Part shown: piece by piece, positions 19,015 through 28,021 of the stretch | Layout of the letters: each line of letters begins with the position of its first letter | Numbering within the stretch: the first letter of the stretch is position 1 | IMG/VR virus record: IMGVR_UViG_3300024999_000040 | Location: 32,001 to 96,000 of that record | DNA: 64,000 bases | Direction: 5' to 3' (one strand) | DNA from: a virus | Notes under the pieces: model-generated | Seen by the model: only the letters and a program-made list of their open reading frames with translations | Told to the model about the DNA's origin: nothing | The model's database searches: none | Position numbers and translations under genes: made by a program

Positions 19015-19617
19015 ATGAACGATAAAGCACATCGTATCTTATCAAGTGTAATGATTATTGATGCAGATACAAATAAAGAACAAGAAGTTAGAAATTTGGT
19101 AAGTGGTTTTCTAGTAGATAATATAATTTCAAATACAAAATTCGAAAATGTAAATACAAGTTTATTTGTAAAAGATACATCATTAAAACACTGGAAACCT
19201 AAGGCACATTTCACAAAAATATTTAATAACGAAATAGAATACGCAAAAGAACTTTATGGTTTGACAAGAACCGAAGTTCTTTTTTTATATTCACTTTCAC
19301 CTTATTTATTATGGGAAAATAATTTGTTGGTTGATGAAGAAGATGACCCACTTAATCAAAAAAGACTTGCTGAATTATTAGGAATAGAAAGAAAAACTGT
19401 TCAACGAAATATGAAAACCTTAGAAGAAAAGAAATGTATTTATAGCATCCCATATGAAAGGGATGTTTTTTATTTGGTTAATCCTAGTTTGATGTACGCA
19501 GGACAACAAATAAATATGATTATTCCTTCCCTATTTCGCGCATCAGGTTATGAACCTAGCGAAAGCATTAGAAGTAATAGAGATAAAGCAACTAAAAACA
19601 ATCAAATCAAGGCTTAG
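19015..19617 (+). CDS. RepL-like winged-helix DNA-binding protein
   Basis: LNQKRLAELLGIERKTVQRNMKTLEEK HTH and YLVNPSLMYAG. Confidence 0.65.
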   Translation: MNDKAHRILSSVMIIDADTNKEQEVRNLVSGFLVDNIISNTKFENVNTSLFVKDTSLKHWKPKAHFTKIFNNEIEYAKELYGLTRTEVLFLYSLSPYLLWENNLLVDEEDDPLNQKRLAELLGIERKTVQRNMKTLEEKKCIYSIPYERDVFYLVNPSLMYAGQQINMIIPSLFRASGYEPSESIRSNRDKATKNNQIKA

Positions 19618-19730
19618 AAGGCGATTTTATGTACCTTTAATGTCTCATGAGGTGACGAGAAATCAAGGGTTTTAAACGCCATATGGGACATTTCACATTA
19701 TTAGAGAAAATGAAAATGGAGGAATTTTAA

Positions 19731-20450
19731 ATGAATACAAATATTATGGGAATTTACAAGATTACTAATATTACAAATAATAAAATATACATAGGTAGTA
19801 GTGTTGATATTCATGGCAGATGGTTACAGCATCAAAATCAACTAAACAAGAATAAACATTGTAATAATTATTTGCAAAATTCTTGGAAAAAGCATGGAAA
19901 GGATAATTTTAAATTTGAAGTTGTTGAACTTGTTTCAGATGAGGATTTATTATTTTCAGCAGAACAGAAATGGATTAACAAAACAAAATGTTACGATAGT
20001 AATTATGGCTATAACATTTCAATAGAAGCAAGCAGACCTAATTGTGGGGATGGAACAAATCGATTAAATGCTAATTTTGTATTTAGGAATAAAATTACTG
20101 ATATTGTTGATATGAAATTAGATAAAAATGAAAAACTTGTTTATTATGTTCTTAGAGATTTTGCACAACATCCCTCAAACTGTATAATGCTAAATAATAT
20201 TGTACCTTCTTTTAAGGAATTAGAACCATTAGTGTCTTTAACTGAAAGAACAATTAGGGATGCTTTGAAAACACTTGAACAGAAGAATTTATTAAAGTTG
20301 GTACAGTCTGGTCACAAGAAGGCTATATACATAAATCCAGAATATTATTCTACAGGTAAAGAACTTAACATAGATACATTAGACCTTTTTAATTTGGAGT
20401 TATATACTTATGAAGATGTTGAAAATTATAAGAAGAAAAACACTAATTGA
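19731..20450 (+). CDS. GIY-YIG endonuclease fused to a RepL-like winged helix
   Basis: GIYKITN...IYIGSS...R..QH at the N-terminus. C-terminal LTERTIRDALKTLEQK...YINPEYY. Confidence 0.8.
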   Translation: MNTNIMGIYKITNITNNKIYIGSSVDIHGRWLQHQNQLNKNKHCNNYLQNSWKKHGKDNFKFEVVELVSDEDLLFSAEQKWINKTKCYDSNYGYNISIEASRPNCGDGTNRLNANFVFRNKITDIVDMKLDKNEKLVYYVLRDFAQHPSNCIMLNNIVPSFKELEPLVSLTERTIRDALKTLEQKNLLKLVQSGHKKAIYINPEYYSTGKELNIDTLDLFNLELYTYEDVENYKKKNTN

Positions 20451-20479
20451 ACAAATATAATAAAAGGAGGAAAAATCCA

Positions 20480-20668
20480 ATGGCTCCAGCAAAACCAAGT
20501 AAAACAAATCCAGATGTAAAGCAAAAAAGTCAGAAAAGCATCCTAGTTACTTCAGATAAGTGTATTGCGTGTTTAGAGCAATGTGAAAAAGGTTTAGCGT
20601 ATATTCAGACAGTCAAGAAAAAGTTTGGTAGTGGCTGTGTTTGTTATAAACTAAAGGAAAATAAGTAA
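20480..20668 (+). CDS. Small Cys-rich hypothetical protein
   Basis: AGGAGG RBS, CIACLEQC and GCVC. Confidence 0.55.
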   Translation: MAPAKPSKTNPDVKQKSQKSILVTSDKCIACLEQCEKGLAYIQTVKKKFGSGCVCYKLKENK

Positions 20669-20695
20669 ACAAATATAATAAAAGGAAGTGAAATC

Positions 20696-20992
20696 ATGTT
20701 TAAGAAAATAATTGAATCTTTCAAAAAAACAACAACCTCTAAAAAACTCACAGCATTGATAGTTGCGTTTTGGATTATGGTAATTATAGCAGATATAATT
20801 ATCTATTTAATTACAGGCAATACAATTAATGTAGTGGTCGATTATGTAAATACTGCATTCCTAGTTATTTTAGGTTCATATTTTGGTAAGAGTTTGATTG
20901 AAAATGTAGCAAAAGGTATAGAGAACAATATTACATCCAAGGCTACAGATATACCTACAGAATCAACAGAAAATCAAGAGTCTCAAGGTTGA
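20696..20992 (+). CDS. Putative holin
   Basis: Two TM helices, LGSYFGKS motif, located in the lysis module. Confidence 0.55.
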   Translation: MFKKIIESFKKTTTSKKLTALIVAFWIMVIIADIIIYLITGNTINVVVDYVNTAFLVILGSYFGKSLIENVAKGIENNITSKATDIPTESTENQESQG

Positions 20993-21006
20993 AGGAGATG
21001 ATTTAA

Positions 21007-21633
21007 TTGAAATATTACAAAGTATTTATTACACATGTTATAGAACTTGACCCATTAGAAATTCGTGCATCATTAGTTTCTGCTACAGGAAAATCAATTA
21101 TTAAGAAATTTAAAAATTTCATCAATTGTAATTTTTTCTCAGGTAGTAAAACAGTTGGTTGGTTAATATCTGAAGGCAAAGTTTTATCAGAAAGACATGA
21201 ATATAAAATATGGAAAGGGAATCCAAAAGGCAGTTTGATAGTCTACAAAGATGGTTCAGTTTTCGTAGGTTGGAAATATGATTCAGAAATTGTAGCTGAA
21301 CTTGATAAGATATGGTTCTGTTGTCAAGGGTTTAACTTATTCCCTACTGGTATGGATGTAATTTCTGGAATAAAGAAAGAGGGATTTGACCCTAATCAGG
21401 TAGGTTATACAACGAACAGAATTGCTATTGGCTATAATAAGGTTACTAATAAAATAGTAATTACTGTAAGACCTTCTAGTAATGCTCAAAGGGCTGTTTC
21501 TACTATGAAAAACTTAGGTTGTGATGGTAATGCCATATGCCTTGACAGTGGAGGAAGCGTCAATTTAGGATTATTAGGGAAGTTGATATTTTCAACGTCT
21601 AGGAGATTAACAAACATCTTATGGTGGAATTAA
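21007..21633 (+). CDS. Phosphodiester glycosidase (NAGPA-like) family protein
   Basis: INCNFF, RIAIGY and LGCDGNAICLDSGGS (LDGGGS-like) motifs. Confidence 0.75.
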   Translation: MKYYKVFITHVIELDPLEIRASLVSATGKSIIKKFKNFINCNFFSGSKTVGWLISEGKVLSERHEYKIWKGNPKGSLIVYKDGSVFVGWKYDSEIVAELDKIWFCCQGFNLFPTGMDVISGIKKEGFDPNQVGYTTNRIAIGYNKVTNKIVITVRPSSNAQRAVSTMKNLGCDGNAICLDSGGSVNLGLLGKLIFSTSRRLTNILWWN

Positions 21634-21647
21634 AGGAAGTGAAAAAT

Positions 21648-22580
21648 ATGGTAAAAATAAATGAACAACTAATTCCTGTAGGTCATCCAAATAGAGCAGG
21701 AACAAAAACAATTCCTATAGCTGTGATTGTACATTATACAGCTAATGATGCACCTTCCGCAACAGATACAGCAAACGCTAATTATTTTGCAAGAAAGTAT
21801 ATTGTCAAAAATGGAGTTATATATGAATCAAATGGTATTGATAAATTTAGATATGGTTCTACTCAATGGATTATAGATCAAGATAGTGCGACATTAGTAA
21901 TCCCTCAAAATGAAGTGTCATGGGGTTGCGGAGATAGGCAGTTACCTTATAACAATGGATATAAGGGGCAAACAAAAATAGCATATGATATATTTAATCA
22001 TAAACAGAATTATTTAACTATTAATTATGAAATTTGTAATAATGATACCATTAAAAATTCTAATGCTGATTGGCAAATGGCTTGTAACAATGCTATAGAG
22101 ATTATTGCACAAGATATGATTAAATATAATATTCCTATAGATAGAATTTATAAGCACCAAGATTTATCAGGTAAGATATGTCCAAAACCATTTATTGATA
22201 ATCCTAAATCATGGGAAGATTTCAAAAACAGAATCATAAATAAAATAAATAATAAGCAAGAAGGAAGTGAATCAGAAGTGATAATGGATAAAGTTTATAC
22301 TTGTAAAAGAATAGTAACTACTACATTAAATGTTAGAACTTCACCTAGTACAGATGGAAAAATTCTTGGACAATTTAAGGCCGATGAAGTCATTGTATGT
22401 ACAGGTGAAGTTGGTAATGGTTGGATAAGAGTTGTCTATCAAGATCAGGATGGATTTTGCTCAGAAAAGTATACAAATCCATTTATAGAACTAGATTATA
22501 AATCTAAGTGTGAACAATTAAGTAAAGATAATAATGCACTCACAAGTAAATTGAATGCCATTAAAAATATTTTAGATTAG
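21648..22580 (+). CDS. Endolysin: N-acetylmuramoyl-L-alanine amidase (Amidase_2) plus SH3b domain
   Basis: VIVHYTAN, INYEIC and HQDLSGKICP motifs. SH3 domain LNVRTSPST...GWIRV. Confidence 0.9.
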   Translation: MVKINEQLIPVGHPNRAGTKTIPIAVIVHYTANDAPSATDTANANYFARKYIVKNGVIYESNGIDKFRYGSTQWIIDQDSATLVIPQNEVSWGCGDRQLPYNNGYKGQTKIAYDIFNHKQNYLTINYEICNNDTIKNSNADWQMACNNAIEIIAQDMIKYNIPIDRIYKHQDLSGKICPKPFIDNPKSWEDFKNRIINKINNKQEGSESEVIMDKVYTCKRIVTTTLNVRTSPSTDGKILGQFKADEVIVCTGEVGNGWIRVVYQDQDGFCSEKYTNPFIELDYKSKCEQLSKDNNALTSKLNAIKNILD

Positions 22581-22591
22581 GATGTGATTGT

Positions 22592-22807
22592 ATGTTCAAT
22601 ATAACACATCCAAAGTACTCAAATATCACTTGGAGAAGCGAAGAAAACCAGAAAAGGATAAATACAATTATGTTAATTATGAACTACATCAATCGTGATG
22701 TAAACGATTTAGAATTCATGAAGGATAAAAGTGATTCTGAAAAGGCTGTACTTCAAGAATATATAACAATTCTCAGAAATTTACTTATCGAAGAAATGTC
22801 AGTATAA
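22592..22807 (+). CDS. Hypothetical protein
   Basis: ORF with RBS in the lysis operon. Confidence 0.5.
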   Translation: MFNITHPKYSNITWRSEENQKRINTIMLIMNYINRDVNDLEFMKDKSDSEKAVLQEYITILRNLLIEEMSV

Positions 22808-22939
22808 AAACCAAATAAAATAGATTTTTTATTTGTTTTGGTTTTAGTATAGGTTTTGGTATGTACAAACATTAAGTCCATATTCTTGTATGAACTATAA
22901 ATAAAAAATAAGGTTAAATTAAGAAAGGTTAGGTGTATC

Positions 22940-23317
22940 ATGGACGTATTATTACAGTTAGGAATTTATTTGGCAATTGCAATTGGTATAGCAGGAATCG
23001 CTATAGTTGGAATTTGGTTAAGACGAAGATTCAATATCAAGGACTCTGAGATAGAATTAGCAAAATTAATACTTCAGGTAGTTGATTTAATTGTTGCTAA
23101 AGGGAACGTAAAATATAAGGGAGAGATTTCAGTTGTTATCAATTACGTAATCGAAGGAATAAAATTTGTCAATGAATTTGAGCAGGTAGATTCTATTCAT
23201 CAACAGAAAGAATTAGTTGCTGAAAAGGCACTTAGTATATGTGAAGAAAATGGAATAACTCCAGATCAGGCAGTAGTAGAATTAATAGACCAGGTGATAG
23301 AATATTTTATTAAATAA
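22940..23317 (+). CDS. Putative holin (LL-H-like, single N-terminal TM helix)
   Basis: N-terminal TM helix, EQ......KELVAEKAL...GIT....IDQVIE pattern. Confidence 0.55.
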   Translation: MDVLLQLGIYLAIAIGIAGIAIVGIWLRRRFNIKDSEIELAKLILQVVDLIVAKGNVKYKGEISVVINYVIEGIKFVNEFEQVDSIHQQKELVAEKALSICEENGITPDQAVVELIDQVIEYFIK

Positions 23318-23325
23318 ACAAATAT

Positions 23326-23371
23326 AATAGGGATACAAGAATATTAAATTATTCTGTATCCCTATTTTTTT
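23326..23371. terminator. Bidirectional terminator at the strand-convergence point
   Basis: AATAGGGATACA...TGTATCCCTATT followed by a T tract. Confidence 0.75.
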
Positions 23372-23389
23372 ACGTTTTTATTTTACCAA

Positions 23390-24586
23390 TTACATATCAT
23401 CCAATAAATCAATAGCCTTATTTTTTTGTTCTTGAATTAAATGTATATATGTTTCATAAGTTATTCTCACATCTGCATGACCTAACAATTCACTTACGGT
23501 TTTTACATCTATTCCTTTTTTAAAAAGCATGGAAGCAAAAGTATGTCTTAATACATGAAGTCCTTTATGCTTAATCCCTGCTCTCTCTAAAATAGCATCA
23601 AAAGTATTTTGTAAATTCCTTGGTCTTATTGGTGTATTATTGTTTGTAAAAAATATATAGCTATCTGGTGTATAATGATACATCTTATTAAGTTCTATAA
23701 GAGCATTTAAAGCCTTTTTACTTAACTGTATTGATCTATTTCCTTTTGGGGTTTTTGTGGTATCTTGGTGAACCATAATATTTTTGGGAGATGATTCATC
23801 TTTTCGTTTTCTATTTTTGGTTATAATGATACTGTTCTTCACATTTATTCTTTTATTTTCGATATCAACATCTAACCATCTTAATGCTAATGCTTCAGAC
23901 ATTCTTACACCGATATAGAGCATTAATATAAATCCATATCCTTTTTTAAATATGAATTCGTTATTATTATATTTTGTCAAACATACTTCTTCAAATTTTT
24001 CTTTTTCATTATCAGTAAATATTTCAATCTCTTTCTTTTTAAATTTAGAAGAAGAAGGTTTGGTTACTGTATTAACAGGATTAAATATTACCTTTCTATT
24101 GTCAGCAGCATATTTCATACAAGCATTGATGGCATCATAAGCTTTTTTTATTGATGAGTAAGACTTTCCATCTTCCACCATTTTATTGATTAATTCTTCC
24201 TGTATAACAGGTGCTGTAAGTTTATTTAATTCATAATGTCCAATATTTGGTATTATATGATTATTAATGGTTGATTCTAATCTATCATATGATAATGGTT
24301 TAAGATCATTTGTTTTTGTTAATTTTAGCCAACTTAAAATATAATCTTTTAAAGTATCGTTTGCTAAGTTATCTAATCCTTGAGATTGTAATAAATGATA
24401 TTCTTTTAATTTTGCCACAACTTCTTTTCGTTCTTTTCCATAAAAAGTTTTAATGATAGGTGTTCCTGATTCAGAAGTACCAGTTTGAATTTTTGCACAC
24501 CAACGATCATCTTTTCTTTGGAATATACTTCCTTCTCCATTTCCTCTCCTAGTATTTTTCTTTTCTTTTATTGTTTTTTCCTTCAT
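23390..24586 (-). CDS. int: Tyrosine integrase
   Basis: RRGNGEGSIFQRKD arm domain. Catalytic GVRMSE, TKT, HVLRHTFAS, LLGHAD and TYETY. Confidence 0.95.
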   Translation of the reverse strand: MKEKTIKEKKNTRRGNGEGSIFQRKDDRWCAKIQTGTSESGTPIIKTFYGKERKEVVAKLKEYHLLQSQGLDNLANDTLKDYILSWLKLTKTNDLKPLSYDRLESTINNHIIPNIGHYELNKLTAPVIQEELINKMVEDGKSYSSIKKAYDAINACMKYAADNRKVIFNPVNTVTKPSSSKFKKKEIEIFTDNEKEKFEEVCLTKYNNNEFIFKKGYGFILMLYIGVRMSEALALRWLDVDIENKRINVKNSIIITKNRKRKDESSPKNIMVHQDTTKTPKGNRSIQLSKKALNALIELNKMYHYTPDSYIFFTNNNTPIRPRNLQNTFDAILERAGIKHKGLHVLRHTFASMLFKKGIDVKTVSELLGHADVRITYETYIHLIQEQKNKAIDLLDDM

Positions 24587-24593
24587 TATTTTC

Positions 24594-24633
24594 ACCTCAT
24601 GAAAATTATAACATGAGGTATATTTTTAATCAA
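24594..24633 (-). promoter_or_regulatory. int promoter with an inverted repeat covering the RBS
   Basis: TTGATT-17-TATAAT on the - strand. ACCTCATG/CATGAGGT inverted repeat flanks the -10. Confidence 0.6.
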
Positions 24634-24639
24634 GGTTTA

Positions 24640-24944
24640 TACACCAATTTTGACACCAATACCGTTATAAAACTATATAAAAACTTGTAAATGGTTGTAA
24701 AGTAAAAGGGAGTTTAGAGTATATATTTAAGCAATAAAAAACCCACAAACCGCTTATATCAAGCAACTTGTGGGTCGTTTATTTTGGAGGCGCCACCCAG
24801 ATTCGGACTGGGGATAAAGGTTTTGCAGACCTCATATCATAAGTCTTGTAAGTATTGATACATAATGGTTATAAGGTTTATGATGAAATACTTGACACTA
24901 ATTGTACACTAATTCTTATTTTTGACACTATTTATTACACCAAA
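24640..24944. other. attP: attP region: tRNA-Cys 3' core flanked by integrase arm-type repeats
   Basis: (TG/T)ACAC(C/T)AAT repeats at 24640, 24651, 24893, 24905 and 24923 around the tRNA fragment, between int and xis. Confidence 0.8.
24785..24833 (-). tRNA. Partial tRNA-Cys(GCA), 3' half only (att core, not a full gene)
   Basis: Reverse complement GAGGTCTGCAAAACCTTTATCCCCAGTCCGAATCTGGGTGGCGCCTCCA has the anticodon arm, T arm and CCA. No D arm or 5' acceptor strand follows. Confidence 0.88.
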
Positions 24945-25134
24945 ACTTTTCTGCTTGTTTATTAAACCATTCATCAACCTTGTTCTCTATTATATAGTAT
25001 TTACCACCAATTTTTAAAGCAGGAAAATCTTTGCGTTTAGCCAAAGCACGAACAGCATGTATTCCTATAATTTCTTTTTTATCTTTATTTAGATATTCAT
25101 ATAACTTCTGTGGGGTTATTAATATATTTTCCAT
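24928..25134 (-). CDS. xis: Excisionase (HTH_17-like)
   Basis: DFPALKIGGKYYI...VDEWF, next to attP and int. Confidence 0.8.
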   Translation of the reverse strand: MENILITPQKLYEYLNKDKKEIIGIHAVRALAKRKDFPALKIGGKYYIIENKVDEWFNKQAEKFWCNK

Positions 25135-25181
25135 GGTTTTGTCCTTATCTATGTATAATATATTTGTATCGTAGATATCAT

Positions 25182-25433
25182 TTAAAAATTAAATGCTTTT
25201 GCAAAAGCGTCAAGATCATCAATAATAAACAAGTCACTACTCCAATTCCCAGGCCAAACAGCATATAATGTTGTATCTTTTTTTACTGCTCGTAAATAAG
25301 ATTCAAAAACTCCTTGTTTATCAGACTTATTTTTATGATGAATATGATTTGTATTACCCTGTTTATCGACCTCAAAGTAACAAACTGTTTTCATATTATA
25401 TGGAAAATTATCTGATTCCTTTGCACTTCTCAT
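25182..25433 (-). CDS. Hypothetical protein
   Basis: ORF with AGGAG RBS, YAVWPGNWSSDLF. Confidence 0.65.
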   Translation of the reverse strand: MRSAKESDNFPYNMKTVCYFEVDKQGNTNHIHHKNKSDKQGVFESYLRAVKKDTTLYAVWPGNWSSDLFIIDDLDAFAKAFNF

Positions 25434-25487
25434 TTTATTTTATCTCCTTTATTATATTTACTCGCTTTACCCCATAAAATTGGCTTT

Positions 25488-25898
25488 TTATTGTCTTATA
25501 TCTCTCGGTTTTTTAATTTCAATTTTCATTGATTCATCTTGATTCTTTCTTACTGTCTGCCATGAATTGGATTGATCATTTTTATAATTCCAAGGAACAT
25601 AGAAAGTAAAATTAGAGTTGTCTTCATAACAAATAGCTACAGCAGTAATATCTCCACCTGTAAATATTCTTTCGGAAAATGGCTTGCTCCATTCCCAATA
25701 TGCTTTTATATCCTTTAAATTCTTAACAGATAATAAAAAACTATAAGCTCTAAGAGATGTAGAACAATCACCATAATCACCTTGAATATAGTATTTTTTT
25801 TTAAATCCATCAACATTCATTCTGTCTATACATTTAGCAGGTATTATATAATACTCAGAATTTTCTAATGTAACCTCAATACATTTAAATTTTTTCAT
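25488..25898 (-). CDS. Hypothetical protein
   Basis: ORF with AGGAG RBS. Confidence 0.65.
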   Translation of the reverse strand: MKKFKCIEVTLENSEYYIIPAKCIDRMNVDGFKKKYYIQGDYGDCSTSLRAYSFLLSVKNLKDIKAYWEWSKPFSERIFTGGDITAVAICYEDNSNFTFYVPWNYKNDQSNSWQTVRKNQDESMKIEIKKPRDIRQ

Positions 25899-25963
25899 AT
25901 TTTCTCCTTTAATTATTATATTTATTTTATTTACACACTATAAAAATTGATTTTTATTGGGTT

Positions 25964-27994
25964 TTATTCAAACTTACTTATATCTAAACCTATATCTTCA
26001 TTGTAGTTTATATAGCAAATATCATTATTATCTATTAATCCCTTTTGTTTTAACTTGTAATATTGTCCTTTGCTTAAATTTACAGTCAGACTATTTGCAG
26101 TTAAATAATCATTATTAGCAATATAGGTATCATATTCGTTTTTTAGATTGATACATATTACTGAATAATTATCTCCTTCAATCATTTTGTCACTATAATT
26201 CTTATCATAATGAGATACTTTATATTCATTTATAACTGAATTAACATATAAATTTGCATATTTATTATAAGTTTCAATATCCATATTTTGATATACATGA
26301 TTTAAATATTCTTGTACTTTATTTTCATTAAGGATATCAATGTTTTGTATAGTTTTACAGGTATTGTTTAATATTTCTTTATCGTAAAATGGTATATTTT
26401 TGTAATCACAATTATATATGTATATATTTTTGATATCAGTTACTATTCTTTTTCTATTTACCCTTCCAAATCTTTGAATTAATGAATCTATAGGAGCAAT
26501 TTCTGTATATAATTCATCATAATCTATATTTAAACTCACTTCTAATGCTTGGGTTCCTATAAGTAATTTTATATTGTTTGATTTATCGTATAATTCTTTT
26601 TCTATCCTTTCTCTACTTCGAGCATTAAATTTACCATGTAACATCTTAATATTTATCTTATTATGAATACAAAATTTTTCAAAATAGTAATAAGTGTCAA
26701 TAGCTTTCTGTACTGTATTAACACATATCAATACTTTTTTATTTGTGCTTAATAATTGATTTTTTATATGTTCAAAATCATTTTCTATAAAATAATTTTT
26801 ATAATGCAATTTATGTCTTTGTATATAGTTCTCTTTTATTGTAGGAGATATTATCTTATATATACTTAGTTTATTTTGAATTAAATCTATTAATGGTTGC
26901 GGTATACTTGCACTCATGATACATATACTAATATTATAGTTATCTTTTAAATATTTTAAACTCTCTAATATATAACAAAGAGTTTTGGTATCAAAAGCAT
27001 GTATTTCATCAATTATAAAAATAGAATTTTCAAACATAGATAATATCATTTCACTAAATTTACAATTAAAGAATGCTTTAACTATTTGAAATATTGTACA
27101 TACTGTAACTTGTTTAATTAAGTTTTTAAATGTTTGATATTCTTGTTTTACATTTATATTATCTAATTCTTTTGATAAAAAATATTCAGCTTTACTATGT
27201 AACATTCCAACATCTATTCCTTCATTTTTTAATCTTGTATACATAGCATTTATACTCGCTGTAAAAGGCAATATATAATATATTCTTCTACTCTTTGTTT
27301 GATTTTGAATAGAATTAGACCAAAATAAACTTGCTTCTGTTTTCCCTAGTCCTGTACGACCTATTAACAAACAATCTTCTTTAGTTTGTTTGCAAACCTG
27401 TTGCATTGAATTATATGAATCAAATTTAAATATTTCTGTAGTATTTAATCCAGTACTTATTTTAGTAATATTAGCTGATGCTAAATGGTCACATTGATTC
27501 AATATTCCTTTATGTAATATAGCTTGTTTAGATTTTAATAATTCCTCATTCTTTATGTATTCTAATATTTTAGGTTTAATATCTAAAGTGTCTATATTAT
27601 CTGATTTACTTTTAAAATTTTCTAGTTCTTGTTGATATGATTTTTCCTGTCTAGGAGTTTGTATTAATCCATATAAGTCATTTAATGTTTTATGGTGTGT
27701 AATAATACTTAACCTTTGAATTTCAGTTAAATCAATTAAACTAGCACTTAATATTTCATGTCTACATTTTCTAAATTTAGAAGTAATATTCTCTTGAAAA
27801 TCATCAGTTATTTTACCTATATCATGATAAAGAATTGATTTTCTTAACAACAAATATTCTTTATGAGATAAATTGAGTATAGTTTTCAATTGTTTTAATA
27901 CTTTGAATAATTTTTTATTGTGTTCAAATATAGTTTCATTATTTGATTTAGCTTTGTATTTTTTAAGTATCTTATTAACTTGTTGTGTTTTCAT
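25964..27994 (-). CDS. cas3: Cas3 HD nuclease-helicase
   Basis: EH...LYHDIGK, RHEILS and HH HD motifs. GRTGLGKTE, DEIH, MSAS, QRFGRVNR helicase motifs. Confidence 0.95.
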   Translation of the reverse strand: MKTQQVNKILKKYKAKSNNETIFEHNKKLFKVLKQLKTILNLSHKEYLLLRKSILYHDIGKITDDFQENITSKFRKCRHEILSASLIDLTEIQRLSIITHHKTLNDLYGLIQTPRQEKSYQQELENFKSKSDNIDTLDIKPKILEYIKNEELLKSKQAILHKGILNQCDHLASANITKISTGLNTTEIFKFDSYNSMQQVCKQTKEDCLLIGRTGLGKTEASLFWSNSIQNQTKSRRIYYILPFTASINAMYTRLKNEGIDVGMLHSKAEYFLSKELDNINVKQEYQTFKNLIKQVTVCTIFQIVKAFFNCKFSEMILSMFENSIFIIDEIHAFDTKTLCYILESLKYLKDNYNISICIMSASIPQPLIDLIQNKLSIYKIISPTIKENYIQRHKLHYKNYFIENDFEHIKNQLLSTNKKVLICVNTVQKAIDTYYYFEKFCIHNKINIKMLHGKFNARSRERIEKELYDKSNNIKLLIGTQALEVSLNIDYDELYTEIAPIDSLIQRFGRVNRKRIVTDIKNIYIYNCDYKNIPFYDKEILNNTCKTIQNIDILNENKVQEYLNHVYQNMDIETYNKYANLYVNSVINEYKVSHYDKNYSDKMIEGDNYSVICINLKNEYDTYIANNDYLTANSLTVNLSKGQYYKLKQKGLIDNNDICYINYNEDIGLDISKFE

Positions 27995-28021
27995 AGTTCT
28001 CCTTTTCATTAACAAAAAATA

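Noticed and set aside
24785-24833. Functional phage tRNA-Cys gene
   Set aside because: Only the anticodon arm to CCA is present. The 5' acceptor strand and D arm are missing, so it is an att core.
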